Shown here one piece after another: positions 12,711 through 25,964 of a stretch of 64,000 bases of DNA. The translations under genes were made by a program, and so were the position numbers. Origin of the DNA: Chrysomallon squamiferum (taxonomy: Eukaryota > Animalia > Mollusca); NCBI GenBank assembly GCA_012295275.1, contig CM022679.1, positions 12,400,001 to 12,464,000 of the forward strand. Reading direction: 5' to 3'. The notes under the pieces are model-generated. The model ran no database searches. It was not told the origin of the DNA and was given only the letters and a program-made list of their open reading frames with translations. Within the stretch, counting starts at the first letter, position 1, and each line of letters opens with the position of its first letter.

Positions 12711-15457
12711 TACTACTACTACTACTACTATTATTATTATTATTATCATCACTGAGTGAACTGATGAGAAGTATAAACACTTCAGCCGAGTCTTGCCTGT
12801 GACACACTGCTGGTTTTGTAAGAGATCACCTCGTCAGACACTCTCAGCTATTATCTCAGACGTGACCTCAAATGACTTCCCAGGGAGAGCCTTGTAATGA
12901 TCAGTTTGACTCGCAGACATGTTATAATTGTATCAGACGGCTTTTGGTCCCACACGTTAACGCTAGGCCAGTTGCCTATTTGTCACATCTCAGCACAAAC
13001 GTACACATTATTAATATTAAACATCTGTATCCCGTTTATTATTATTGTTGTTGTTGTTGTAGTAGATGTTGTTGTTGATGTTGTTATTTTTTCGTTGTTG
13101 TTGATGCTGCTGTTGTTAATTTTCTTATTAGTTTTATTGTTGTAATTATTTTTGTTATTGTAACGGTTATTACTGCTATTGATATTACTTACTTGTATGT
13201 GTGTGTCTGTGTGTGTGTGCGTGTGTGTGTGTGTGTGTACAAAAAAAAAACTGAAGGAAAAAAAGAAAAAAAAAGAGAAAAAACTAAGAAAAAGAATAAA
13301 AACATATTTTGACATCCACTAATGTCATCTCAGATCTTAATTAAAAACGTGTTTTTCGTCCTAACAGTCTTGCTATAAAAGACTTTTTAATTATTTCCTG
13401 TTTATCGACACTTAATACAATTCTGCTGCTTTCATCAAAAACCTTTTGCTCATTGTTGTCACAATACAATGAAAGGTATACGTCAAGGTGTGACGTTTCT
13501 TTTCAGAGGTAAATATTGATTCTTGTTTTCGTTAATGATCACATATTACCTTTCAACCTCGGTGAAAACATCCAATTTTTGACAGGATTAGTGCCAGGCT
13601 AACAGGTTAATTAGCAAACAAGTGATCAAAGTGAAACCATTCCAAAAATATAAAATATTTCCGTATGTCATTAGTTTGAAATAATTTATGGTTATGTTCT
13701 GTCACAGTGTACAGACGGTCAGATGATTATTATTTGCAAATATCACAAAGAAAATAAGTACTGTTTATCAAACTATTTATCAAACTATATATCAATATCA
13801 ATATCTATATCCTATAACTATATTGATATCTATCTATCTACCTGTCTAGAGAGAGAGAGAATGTAAGGAAAAGACATCATGAAATGAATGGATTACAAAA
13901 AAAAAAGTCTTAGCTGAGATTAAGAAGAAATATATGGATAGTTAACTTTTGATATTGACTGTTGTAAATACGTTATGTGACAAGATAAAAGAATGTATTC
14001 ATAAATATGTACGTTCGCATGTAGAATACTGTTTCAGCACTCTGTGACAACCTCTTCTGCCTGTTCTTTCAATGACCATCACATACAGATTCCCACATAT
14101 TTTTCTTTCTGGTTTACATTTATCAGTTCAAGGAAATATATATATGTATATATATATATTTTTTTTTTTTTCCCCAGTAAAAATATAAGTAATGAAACGA
14201 AAAATAAAATAACATCCAATTCAACACGTGCAATTTTCAACGGTGCATCCATGTACTAAACAAAAATATCACTGCTGAGTTAGAGAGTTCTTTACACACG
14301 TGTCTTGAACCAGTTTAGCAGGTGAATTATCCGCAGATGCAGTTTCTTGGCACTTACCAAAATAAACCACAGTGTTATAGCAAACACCTGTAATATGCAG
14401 ATGCTGAATCATATAGTAACATCTCAATATGAATTTACTATATTTAGCATTGTTGTTTGACTATTAACACAGTTTGTTTTGTTTGTTAATTTATTTTTTA
14501 TACGGGGTATTTTTTGTTTCTGTTTTTTTTCCATTTCTTGCACACTATGTTGTACGTGTTTCAAAAGATGCTGACGACATTAAGATTTGTTTTTTCTTTT
14601 CTGGCAATATACGTTATTTATAATTATGTTTATAAAATTTAAATGGAATTGACATTGTCTATCGCACTTAAATATAAACAGTATCCATATTTTGATTCTT
14701 AAAATGCCGAGAAACACACATACACACACACACATAAAGAAAAAGATGACATATTTTATAGATATTTAAAGAAATATTTAACTTCTAAATAAGAACATTC
14801 TGTCATTCATTTTGATTAGACAAAAATTATTAGTGTGTTTAGGCCCACACTTCCAATTGGTCTTCTTTCAGCTAGTAATGATAAAATTGGAATAATTCAA
14901 CTGCCCTGTTCCTTGTTTTTCTATATCAGCGGTTTGATTTATCTACTAATTCACCTCGTTCGTCACCTAATTTATGTATTTATTCGTCGTTTATTTAGAC
15001 AAATGGAGCACTCTTTTCCTTTGGGGATTTCGCTCCTGGTAATCTGGAATTCTCTAAGAGTTTTGGTCCTATGACATCCTATTAACTACTCGCAAGAGGA
15101 ATGTCGGTGTTTGCCTGTGAATACTTTGTGTGAGAGATTCCAGCATTTGGTTATTGCAGGAAATTAATTCTGTTTTGAATCACTATTAATACGTGTCGTT
15201 TGTCATTATATGTTCGCTGCATGCGTATGCATATTTCATACTTTGTGAAAAGAAACAATAAATGGGCTAACAGTTATAATTATCTTATATTTTGTATATT
15301 TTTGTTTTATCTATCTTTTTGTCTATCTGCCTCCTTGCAGTATTAGTTTTTCTATACATTTTCCTTCTCTTTTTCTTTCTGTATTTTTTATTTAAATATA
15401 CAGAACGTTTCTTGGCAATAATGGTAATGATAATGATGATGATGATAGTAATAATAA

Positions 15458-15488
<31 letters not shown>

Positions 15489-15491
15489 AAG

Positions 15492-15523
<32 letters not shown>

Positions 15524-18144
15524 AAACAATAAGGTTCTATTTGAAACGGAATAGCCGTTAACACAAATTCATTTAGATGTTGTAAACCTAGCCAAACACA
15601 GACTGATTCATTCATTCGTTTATTCACTATTCATTGATAGCTCGCGCTCTTCTATCAGGTTTTGCACTTTTAGCAAAGATTCGGGTTTACTGGTCTTAGG
15701 ACCTCCTGGCCAAAGACAACTGCAAGAACGAAGTTAAAAGTACTGAGAAAAACAAGCCCTCAGTCGTAATGTAATTTCCACACGTCTACTGCAGCAAACA
15801 CTCTTTATACGTGGAATGCAGATCAGGTACCGTGAAATGGTGAGATATTCGCATCTTTTCCCTGTCTGGACATTTCAGTGATTTTATTTCTTATGAGAAA
15901 TTGCACTGGAGGAGAAAAGCCACAATGGAAATGACTGAAACTGGAAGAGGCTTTGAGTCAAATTAGGTCTGAGTAACTGTGTTAGCCCTGAACAAGCTCA
16001 ACGCTGTCCTGTTGATTTAGCTGATATTCCTGCTAAGGCCATGATAATGAAATCTGTACTTTTACGTCCATCGTTCGTATTTTTGTGAAGAATCCGTTGA
16101 AAATGTTCATTATAATTATTGGTAAAAATCTTCTGTTGATTCAACAAGTATTTGCGTAATAAATGTTTTAAAAAATAATGATTGTATCTCAATTTAAGGC
16201 TTCTATGTTATTTACTGAATCTCTCTTGCCTATTCCAAAAACTTCTTCAGTCAAACGAACTGTTAGCATCCAGTTTACTAAAAATACCATTCTATTCTTC
16301 CACAATTATTTATTATAATTGACAGATTTAACGTTTTCTTTACGGTATAGAAACTGAGATTGCTTGCACCTCAGCGGCAGTCTTTTCTCAGTGGGAAATG
16401 TTATGAAAAACAATGAATAATGAAATTAAAAATGCCTGAGAAGATTTCTTATTTAAATGAAAACAAAACTTTCACTCTTGTGGCAATATCTATTACAACC
16501 GAATTATGATCTCTAAACAAATAATAGTTTTTACTGTCTACGTTGTTAGCTTTTCTGTTTCCTATTAAATGTAACTTACAGGACAATTTCGTTCTAATAA
16601 AAACTACAAAATTCGTACTATAAAAAGCTGGACTTCAATGCACATATCTGAGGTGCTATTTTTACGCTCTATGCTGCTGATATATATAATTTAAGAATTG
16701 AACGATGTTATCACAATAGACCATGTTGTTTTTTATTATTAAACATACCATATATAATTATGAAAACAAAAGATATAAAAATTAGTTCTTCATTTGTTTT
16801 ATCAAATATACAGGAAAGATACGTCAAAGATTGTGACTTCAAATTATAGGACAGTGTTTCATAAAATTCCTTGAATAATAATAATAAAAAACCAACAACT
16901 GAAATTGATGACATAATTTTGCTATCTTTATGAAACCTAAGTAAAGATTCCTATTAGAAGTGAAGTGGAGATATTTCAATGAAAACGTGAAAAATCAATA
17001 AAACAACAAAAAAGCCATCTTGTCTTTATGGAGATTATGTATTTCTCACTCTGCTCCTAAGCAAAGAAAACAATATCATTTTTTTATTTTTTTATTTGCC
17101 AGCACAAAATTCAATAAATATAAAATTAAATTAAAAAGGAAAATAAATCCCAGCACATATATACACATACATTAAAAAAAAAAAAAGAAAAAGAAAAACA
17201 TTTTCTTTACGACCCCATAAATAATAGAAATATTAGAATATTTATAAAATTAAATATTATGAATACGATTTGAAAATTAAAACTTCAGTCATTCTTGGAA
17301 GGGACCGGATTAACCTGGTATCAAAAATACTATGTGTTATTGTTCCTGCACTTACGTAGGGCTCGCAATAAATGCTTGCTCTCTGGTGAAATGTGTGTCT
17401 CTTGATCTGAATTTGACCTGTCAGGGGAGGTAATTTTTAAAAACTAAAAACGATCAAAAAAAGTTCTAATCATTCAATCAGATTGAACACTATCATTTAA
17501 ATGAGCACTGAACTTGAACTTCTGAGTAAAATAGACAGTTCCAGGATCATCAACAAATTTGCTAAATTTCGAAAATGTTACTTAAACTGTAATTCTGACA
17601 TTAGAAACTGACACATAAAATTAATTATGTAAATAGTAGCATCACCGAAATGTCAGTTATATTCGTCGCATGATCTTGCCTATGCAACAAACGAGATAAA
17701 ATTTATTTACCTTACTATGCAAGTAAATAATTTGAAGGTTTAATAAAAACGTGCGTATGTTTTAAATTTAGGACCCCTTCAGGCTACAGGCTCCCCACCA
17801 GCTTAATCTTGCTCTGTCTCTCCAGAACAGCAAATTAAAGCTTTCTGAATGCGGTAAAGATGTTACAATTACCCATTTCATCAACACAGACATCAGAAGT
17901 CGGAGATAAGCCTGTAATGAAGTAATCAATAGGAAAAGACTTTACGTGCAGATACGTTCTACCATTAATTAAATAGGAGAGTTATCAAGTGTAGCCATTT
18001 CCTTTGTTTTATATATATCCCACCGGATTCAACTGTTCAAATGTTCACTTGCTATAGATTTTATATTTATAACTTCTTTCTTTTATTAGTTTTTTTTTTC
18101 ACCTCGTTAAAATAATTTATTGTAACAAAGACCAATTTGAATTA

Positions 18145-18196
<52 letters not shown>

Positions 18197-18425
18197 TAAC
18201 ATGCAAAACTGTGAGCTAATAACATTGTAAAGGGTTCAGAGAAATAATGGAAATACATTTTGAATACAACCAAGCTGCGTCGTATTTTCAAATATAAGGC
18301 CTATACTGAGAAATATGAGAAAGGAAGATATTTTGAATATATAAACACGGATGAAACACAAAATAAACACTTTATTCGGTTTAAATATAAATCAACCAAA
18401 TTTATTAAGTTTTTTTTTTCTTTCT

Positions 18426-18494
18426 GATTGGATGCCCCACCCATTTGGATGCGCGGGGTAACCGCCCCTTCGGGCCCCTCCCTGTACGCCAGTG
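18426..18494. mobile_element. GC-rich solo terminus of a non-autonomous DNA transposon
   Basis: Abrupt GC-rich island ending ..gcccctccctgtacgccagtg, resembling CAGTGGCGTA-type terminal inverted repeats. No partner end found. Confidence 0.4.
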
Positions 18495-18930
18495 GTGGCA
18501 TGTAAAGGGAAAACGAATTATTTGGGTTTCTTTTAGCTTTTTAGTGAAAAACAAATACAGCGAAGACGTCAAGAGTGCAGTTTAGAACGGACAAAACATG
18601 GCGGCGTACAAATGTTCAGTGTTATCTTATTGTCACAGTCTGGTATTCACGAAAACAGGTACATCAAACCAACGAAACATCTAAAGCTCATTCCTTTGTT
18701 TTCTTACTATCGCCACTGAAAAGACATTTGTGTTCATCAACATGCAGAGCTATCTACAATTTATGTTAATGTTAAAATTATCTGTTAAGATAGATGAATT
18801 AAAATTTCAAAGCAGCGTCTGGTTGTCAGAGGCAGGTGTCTGATTAGATTATTCTGATATTTCTTTGATACAGACATCTCTCTTTTATCAAAGAACATTT
18901 GCCTAATGAGGTGTGTGTTTGTGTGTGTGT

Positions 18931-18969
<39 letters not shown>

Positions 18970-19568
18970 CATGTGTGTGTGTGTATGTGTGTGTATGAGT
19001 GTTTGGGTACATTCATGTAAAGAAACCAATTACGTCACCATTTACTGAATAAAGCTGAGTAAAACAGAGAGACTGCTTAAAGAGCCATTTGACATAAACT
19101 TCTTTAACAACTTTCCGCCTACAATACTAGCGTAATACGATCGATGGAGATCTTAAGGTCTAGTAACAAAACCGGAATCTCTAGTACTTAATGACCCGTT
19201 TAATATCCTGGCATCAAACGCGATATTTTCTAAATGTAACAAATTCATAATAACAGCATTCAATAGGGTTCTGTCCGGTACAGAGTAACTTATGATGTCA
19301 GAGTGTGAGTACACGATAAACGTGCTTCAGTATCAAGCAAAGTTGTAAATACCTGAATTAAATTCCATTTTAGACACTGTGCGAGAACAAAATGAGTTCT
19401 GTTACACCTCTCACCTTATTAAGAAAGAATTATAAATGATATTTCTAGTAGTTTCAGAAAAGCAGAGCAATGTATATTTAATGCTGGTTATTTAAAATAA
19501 ATAAATCGTAAAGAATATAATGAAGGAAAATACGTTTTAGCAAGATTGTTATTTAGTTTTGTCAGCAA

Positions 19569-19570
<2 letters not shown>

Positions 19571-19633
<63 letters not shown>

Positions 19634-19748
19634 ATCTTTTTCTTGCTCACACATGTAGATACAAACATATTAATAGTACACGCATATAATTTATTTATTT
19701 AAAGAAAGCAGAGCACGGTTCAGAAACAGAAAATACAGAAATACATTT
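19571..19748 (+). repeat. Left direct repeat flanking copy A: (TC)n plus 119-bp unique segment
   Basis: gtaaatctttttcttgctcac...cagaaatacattt at 19630-19748 recurs at 21004-21122 with one mismatch; both are preceded by about 60 bp of (TC)n. Confidence 0.97.
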
Positions 19749-20940
19749 GATAGCCATAGACAATCACTCTCATGAATATTTAATTTAATTATTAGAGATG
19801 TGTTTTATATACATATCAAATGGAGAATGCAAATATATTTGTATTATTTATTTAATTAAACCATACTGATGAATAGATTCACCTTTCAGTCTGTTAATGC
19901 TGTCTTCTTGTTCTGGTTCTTGTGCTTCTTGTTCTTCTAGTTTTTTTCTTCTTATTCTTCTTGTTATTATTATTAATAATATGTGCATTCACTAAATGAG
20001 GTAAGGCAGTAGGGTAGGTTTGTATACAATTGGTATTATTAAATAACTTACTTCTCTACAACGTATCGCGTGACTCATAACAAATTAATGGAATGAGTTT
20101 GGAGAATTGTTTTAATCTATAAGCCAGGAACCAAGCAAGGAAACATTTCTGAAATACGCTACTGTCATCACGCAAGTGCGATATTCAATTATCCACAAAG
20201 TGTTGAAGATACAAGGTAACATCATAAATAATAATGTCCTTTTTAAAAACAAAAAAAAAGAGCAATATTCTTTCGAGAATTGAAATTTCTGTTAACGCAT
20301 GAAAATTTAAATACATATCCAAAAGGCATAGAAATATTATTTCGTTGCAGTGTTATTCAAACAACAAAATCACAATGATGTTGACAGATAAATGATTGTG
20401 TTGCTGAAATACGACTAGATAATGGAGTTCGATGTTTGCTGGTCTTATCCTAGTTTTTTCGTGTGATTATGTAATGACATTGACAATACACGTGCGTGTA
20501 GTTCATTGGCACTCATGGATTAGAAACAAAGTGGTTATATCAAAGTTCACACGATCATAATTATCATCTGAAATATTATTTTTTGTATTAGCTTATTTTA
20601 AGTTTTTAAATAACGAAAAAAAAAAAATATATATATAAAACTGTCAATTAACACGTTATAACGATCATCAAAGACGTTTCAAAGTAAATTAATTTCTTTT
20701 GCGCTCGTGCGATATAAAGATAAATAACGTACAACCTAGAAAAATCGGTTAATGAAGCTCTGTGATGAAGATACCGTCGAAACATTAAAGAGTTCTTTGA
20801 CGGACTTTCATTTCATCTACGCTCAGGTATTTATTTACACTGTTTACTGTAATAATGAAAATCTGATCTTGGATATTATGAAGATGAACAAACAATACTG
20901 ACAGGATCATGGCTTTTAGTATTTCACGTGTGAGAATCCT

Positions 20941-20943
<3 letters not shown>
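19748..20943 (+). repeat. 1.2-kb segment, copy A (inverted duplicate of 60444-61653), in intron 2
   Basis: Base-by-base reverse-complement match from tgatagccatagac to gagaatcctggt. Track ORFs 20785..21042(-) and 60291..60602(+) share an identical C-terminal peptide. Confidence 0.97.
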
Positions 20944-21007
<64 letters not shown>

Positions 21008-21122
21008 ATCTTTTTCTTGCTCACACATGTAGATACAAACATATTAATAGTACACGCATATAATTTATTTATTTAAAGAAAACAGAGCACGGTTCAGAAA
21101 CAGAAAATACAGAAATACATTT
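20943..21122 (+). repeat. Right direct repeat flanking copy A: (TC)n plus 119-bp unique segment
   Basis: Direct copy of 19571-19748. Confidence 0.97.
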
Positions 21123-22225
21123 TCATAAATATCTGTGTTCATGATATTTTATACATATGTAGCTAAACATAATTAGAAATTAGCGATTAGCTGTTGTTAC
21201 TGCATATATTCGTGCTGTTGTTGTTATTGTTATTGCTATTGTTATTTTTATTATTATTATTATTACTGTTATTATTATCCATGATTCACAATATATTGTA
21301 CACACACAGGATATATCGTTATCATTTTATAATTATTCGCTAGAGATATGAAACAAGTGAGATATTTGGAAAGAAGAAAAACGATAATTTTACAAAGTTT
21401 AGCTATCTATATCTATGACACTTGACATTGTACAGAACAGATGGAATGACCATCTTTCAGACAAAACTGGCTAAAACGCGAACGACTTATATAGCCAGTG
21501 AACGCGACAGCAATATATGTAATACGCGACTGACCCCAGGCTTAATTCTAATGAATACTTCTATTTTTTTTTCTTTCTTTTTTTTTTTTTTTTTTTTTTT
21601 TTTCAGCTGCTCTGTCTATTTTACTTTCTTTTCTTTTTCCTTCATGGAAATAATACATTTAATTTGGAATGAAAGAAGTAGAAAAAACAAATGCATTAAA
21701 ATATAGCTGTCTAAATATCTAGTTATAATTTAAAGGAGTAGTTTACATCTACATACACAGAATCGTACACTTATTGCATAACAAATATAAACATACATAA
21801 AAACAAGCAAATAAACAAACACTCATATATGCATACATATATGCAAACATACATTCATAAATACATTCATACGTACATATATGCATACATGCCTTCAAAC
21901 TTAGAAAAATAAATGCAGAGATTTACCCACATGTATATGTGTACTTATTATATGTATGTGCATATATATGTATATATGGACACACGCACACGTATATACA
22001 CAAATATACATACATCCATACACACATACACGTTTTACTCTGTGTCTTTCTTGTTGTTTGTTTATTCTACTATCAATATAAGAAGTTGTCAGCTCACAAA
22101 AACAAGACATTCTTTCTTCATCTTTGATATGCTTTTTCATAAATATTTGAAAGTTTGAAAGTCATTAATAAATTATAAAAAGTTCCATAAATCTTAATAT
22201 TTACTTTTCTTCTTCTTTCCTTTTT

Positions 22226-22256
<31 letters not shown>

Positions 22257-22950
22257 GTCCTAGCCAAATTCGATCCAGTAATTATTTCTAAGACTATAAC
22301 CTTCACGTAAATTGTAAATTGTTTTTGTTTTTTTTGAAAAATCGTTATTTAGAAAACACAGAGAATTAAATATATTTTCTTTACAGTAGTGACATATATC
22401 TCTGTATACTGACTCATCTTCAAAATCGATCTCAAAAAGTAGTTTTCTCTTTATGTCACAGAATCTCTTAATATTTACTTTCTGGAATTGAAATGACGAT
22501 GATTTTTTTTTATTCTCTCTCTTAGAGCTGGTTTGATCCGTGTATGATAACTCTAATCTCAGAGGGTTTTTTTTTCAACCAGAAACTGCTACTAGTCTTC
22601 GTTCAAGAACAAAAGATCTCAGTCCTTGAATTCTGTTAATGGAGTTTCGACCCATGAATCGCTTTCTTAGTTTGATGGCTGTTCACGAGAGAAGATTTTC
22701 TTGACATATAAGCAGCTGGATCTTATCAGTGCTCTCTCTCTCTCTCTCTTTTTTTTTTTTTTCTTCATAAGAAGTTTTTTTTCTTCTTCTTTTTGTCATG
22801 AATATATGAATTTCTTGAAGCATTTCCGTGCATAAAATTGATTTCATTTTCGCCTACTCGACCTCGAGATTAGTTCGGAATGTTGGAAATTTTTTCAGGT
22901 GTTTTAAATCAAGTTCTTATTTAAAAAAAACATTGTTGTAATAAATGTGA

Positions 22951-23059
<109 letters not shown>

Positions 23060-23886
23060 CATGCATGGATACATACGTACGTATCAGTGGGTCTGTGCAT
23101 ATTAATCTTGCTGAATTAAAAGTGATTTGTGCATTATTATTATTATAAACCGAACTAAATGCTAACAAATATGAAATATTCAGCATTCAGTAATGCAGCA
23201 GTATTAATATATTCTTGCAATTTATTGTTCGTTTTTCCTAACTTGTAATATTAGACATAGATCGTTATGCACCAGGAGGTACCACAGTTATTTTATTACT
23301 GAATGTAATACATTCTTGTAGACATTTGGCAACATGTCAAAGAGACTGTATAACTCAGTATAACTGGTTCCAGGATCGATCCTCTGCAGTTGTCATTTGA
23401 AGGAAGTTTTCAGATTACTTGTTAATGCAGAAAACTGAATGTAATTTGATAAATAATAATTGTGAACAGCAATGTTGGTCTTTGAGAAAAACCAAACGGT
23501 TGCCTTCAGTGTCAGTGCTACTGCAGTGTCATACCATACAAACCTGCCTTTTAATCAATGCTAGCCAGTTATGTTGTTTTGTCTTCATCTTTTCGCCAAG
23601 TAAGTTTTTACGGAGAATAATTTATATTTTATGCTTAGACGTTTCAGAATTAATTGTAAAATAAACTATTACATACTGTGAGAAATGCGACAGTGTAAGA
23701 GCCTTGGTTTGTCTGTTTGATACTTACGTTAAATACATTTATATTTATAATTATAACAATATTGGAATACTGGGTTTGCAGTATTTCCGTTTAAGCGACA
23801 AGATCAATGCAGGATCATGAAACTGTTTGTTTCTATCTGTTTTAGTGTCATCGTGTTATTATACAACTTGATGAAAATTTACATAC

Positions 23887-24048
23887 CTCTTTCTCCTGAG
23901 AGTTTGATACAGTGCGTCCCCCTGAAGTAACCGTACATGCAGTTACGTTCTATTAAATGATAGGTCTCGAGACCTGGTTGGAATGGGTCAATACAGTCCT
24001 TGTTGTCGTCGTCGATGGAAGTGCAGACGTAGCAGTCTATAGCCAGTG
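23887..24048 (-). CDS. Coding exon 2 of Ly6/uPAR quiver/sleepless-like gene (Cys1-5)
   Basis: Acceptor tctttttttcag and donor G|GTATGT; 162 nt, phase 1-1. Translates ALAIDCYVCTSIDDDNKDCIDPFQPGLETYHLIERNCMYGYFRGTHCIKLSGER, with the IxCYxC start and CIK motif typical of invertebrate Ly6/three-finger proteins. Lies inside track ORF 23879..24157. Confidence 0.94.
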
Positions 24049-25928
24049 CTGAAAAAAAGAGATAAAGATAAATTAAGATGTATGTGATTCTCTGTGGACC
24101 TTCGCTTAATATAAAGCGAAATAATAAAAACCTGATAAAAAAAAAAAAAGAAAGCAATAAATCAAGTGAAATAAATCAAGTGAAATAAAATAAAAAAACA
24201 AAATAAAATTATTCAATATCCAGTCTGCTTTTATCATCATGAATTTAGCAGAAAAACAGAAACTTGCTTAAAACATTTGTTTAATAAACCGAAATCATCT
24301 ACAAGAACAAAGAACAACATTAACAATCACAACTACATCATCACCATCATCAACCACAGTAATAATAATAATTATGATAATGTTGATGATGATTATGATG
24401 GTTATAAAGTAGATGATAAATAAGTCAGTATATAATAAATAAATAAATAAATAAATAAATTTTGTTCTTTATATAAACAAGAAAGATTGCAATTTACAAT
24501 TCTGAGCAGAGTCCTTATTTCGAAAAAAAAAAAAAAAAGCTCGTCAAGGAATACGAAAAGTATATTTAGAAATGTTTCACATACATACATACATCTATAT
24601 ATGCATACATACAAAAGAAGGATATTTAGATTAAATGTTATTATTTAACGAAATATAATACTCCTTACAATGGTGACATTTTAGTGAAAATAAAAATGAA
24701 TCTCATTTAAGCACTACAAAATCTCTTTCATGTTTATTTCTTCTTTTTTTTTTCTCTTCTTCTTCGTGAAATCTAACTAACATAACTTACTTAAAAATAT
24801 TTAATTAAATTACTAAGTAAATCAGTCTGTAGGTATATGAGCAGGTGAAAATAATATAAATTAATTGTCTGTAATTCACAGGAATTATACATTTGTTGTT
24901 AATAAATTGTAAAGGAAAAAAATGTTATTATCCTTACATTGTAATCAACTGACCCAGTATCACCGCCTAATATTGTTTGAATTATTATTAGAAGTAGTAG
25001 TACTGGTAGTAGTAGTAGTAGTAGTAGTAGTAGTAATTAGTAGTAGTGGTGGTGGTGGTGGTAGTAGTAGTAGTAGTAATCATCGTAGTAGTAGTAGTAG
25101 TAGTCATAGCAGCAGCAGTAGGAGTAAGAACACTATCATTATGATTATTTATTACTGTTGTCGTATTTCACTTCTGACGGTAAACACATTAGAGATATTT
25201 TCTATTTCAACGTTTTATTTATTTTTATTTTTTATTTTTTTATTTATTATTATTTCTTATATTTTACTTACAATCACCACATTCTTCATCATAAATTTTG
25301 TTATCAGTAATATTAGTTTTATTATCGACACTGCTGCTGTTATTATTATTATTATTATCATCATCATCATCATCATCATCATCATTTTCATGATGATAAT
25401 AATAATAATAATAAGAAGAAGAAGAAGAAGAAGAAGAAAGAAGAAGAAAAAAAAAAATAATAATAATCTGTTATCGGCAATATTACTTTTGTTATGGATA
25501 GTGCTGCTGCTATTATTATTGTTGTTGTTATTATGATGCTGCTGCTCATACATTATGAAAAACAGTATGGTATAATTATATCCTGAGCTGAAACAGAAGA
25601 TTTTCACAGTTTAATTAAGTAATATCCAAGGCCTTTTTTGAATCAGTTGTATGTTTTCTTAACATAAACTGATAGCGCATAAATCAACAGCAAGATTAAA
25701 TTATAAACAGAAAAGAAAAAAAAGAAAAACGCTCAGCTGGGGAAAACAAATGTACATAATTATTTAAATCCAGGTATAATATATCAAAAGTGCTCTTTAG
25801 ATAAAAAAAAAATACTGACTATTAAGATATTGGAAAACTTGGTTTGGTTCTACAATGCAGTTATGTAAAGTGAATAATCTTGTTGTTGTTGTCGTTGTCG
25901 TCGTCATCATCATCATACTCATCATCAC

Positions 25929-25964
<36 letters not shown>

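Noticed and set aside
17299-17816. Possible ~520-bp MITE with degenerate termini (ggattaacctggt / accagcttaatc)
   Set aside because: Only about two thirds of the terminal bases pair and there is no target-site duplication; too weak to call.
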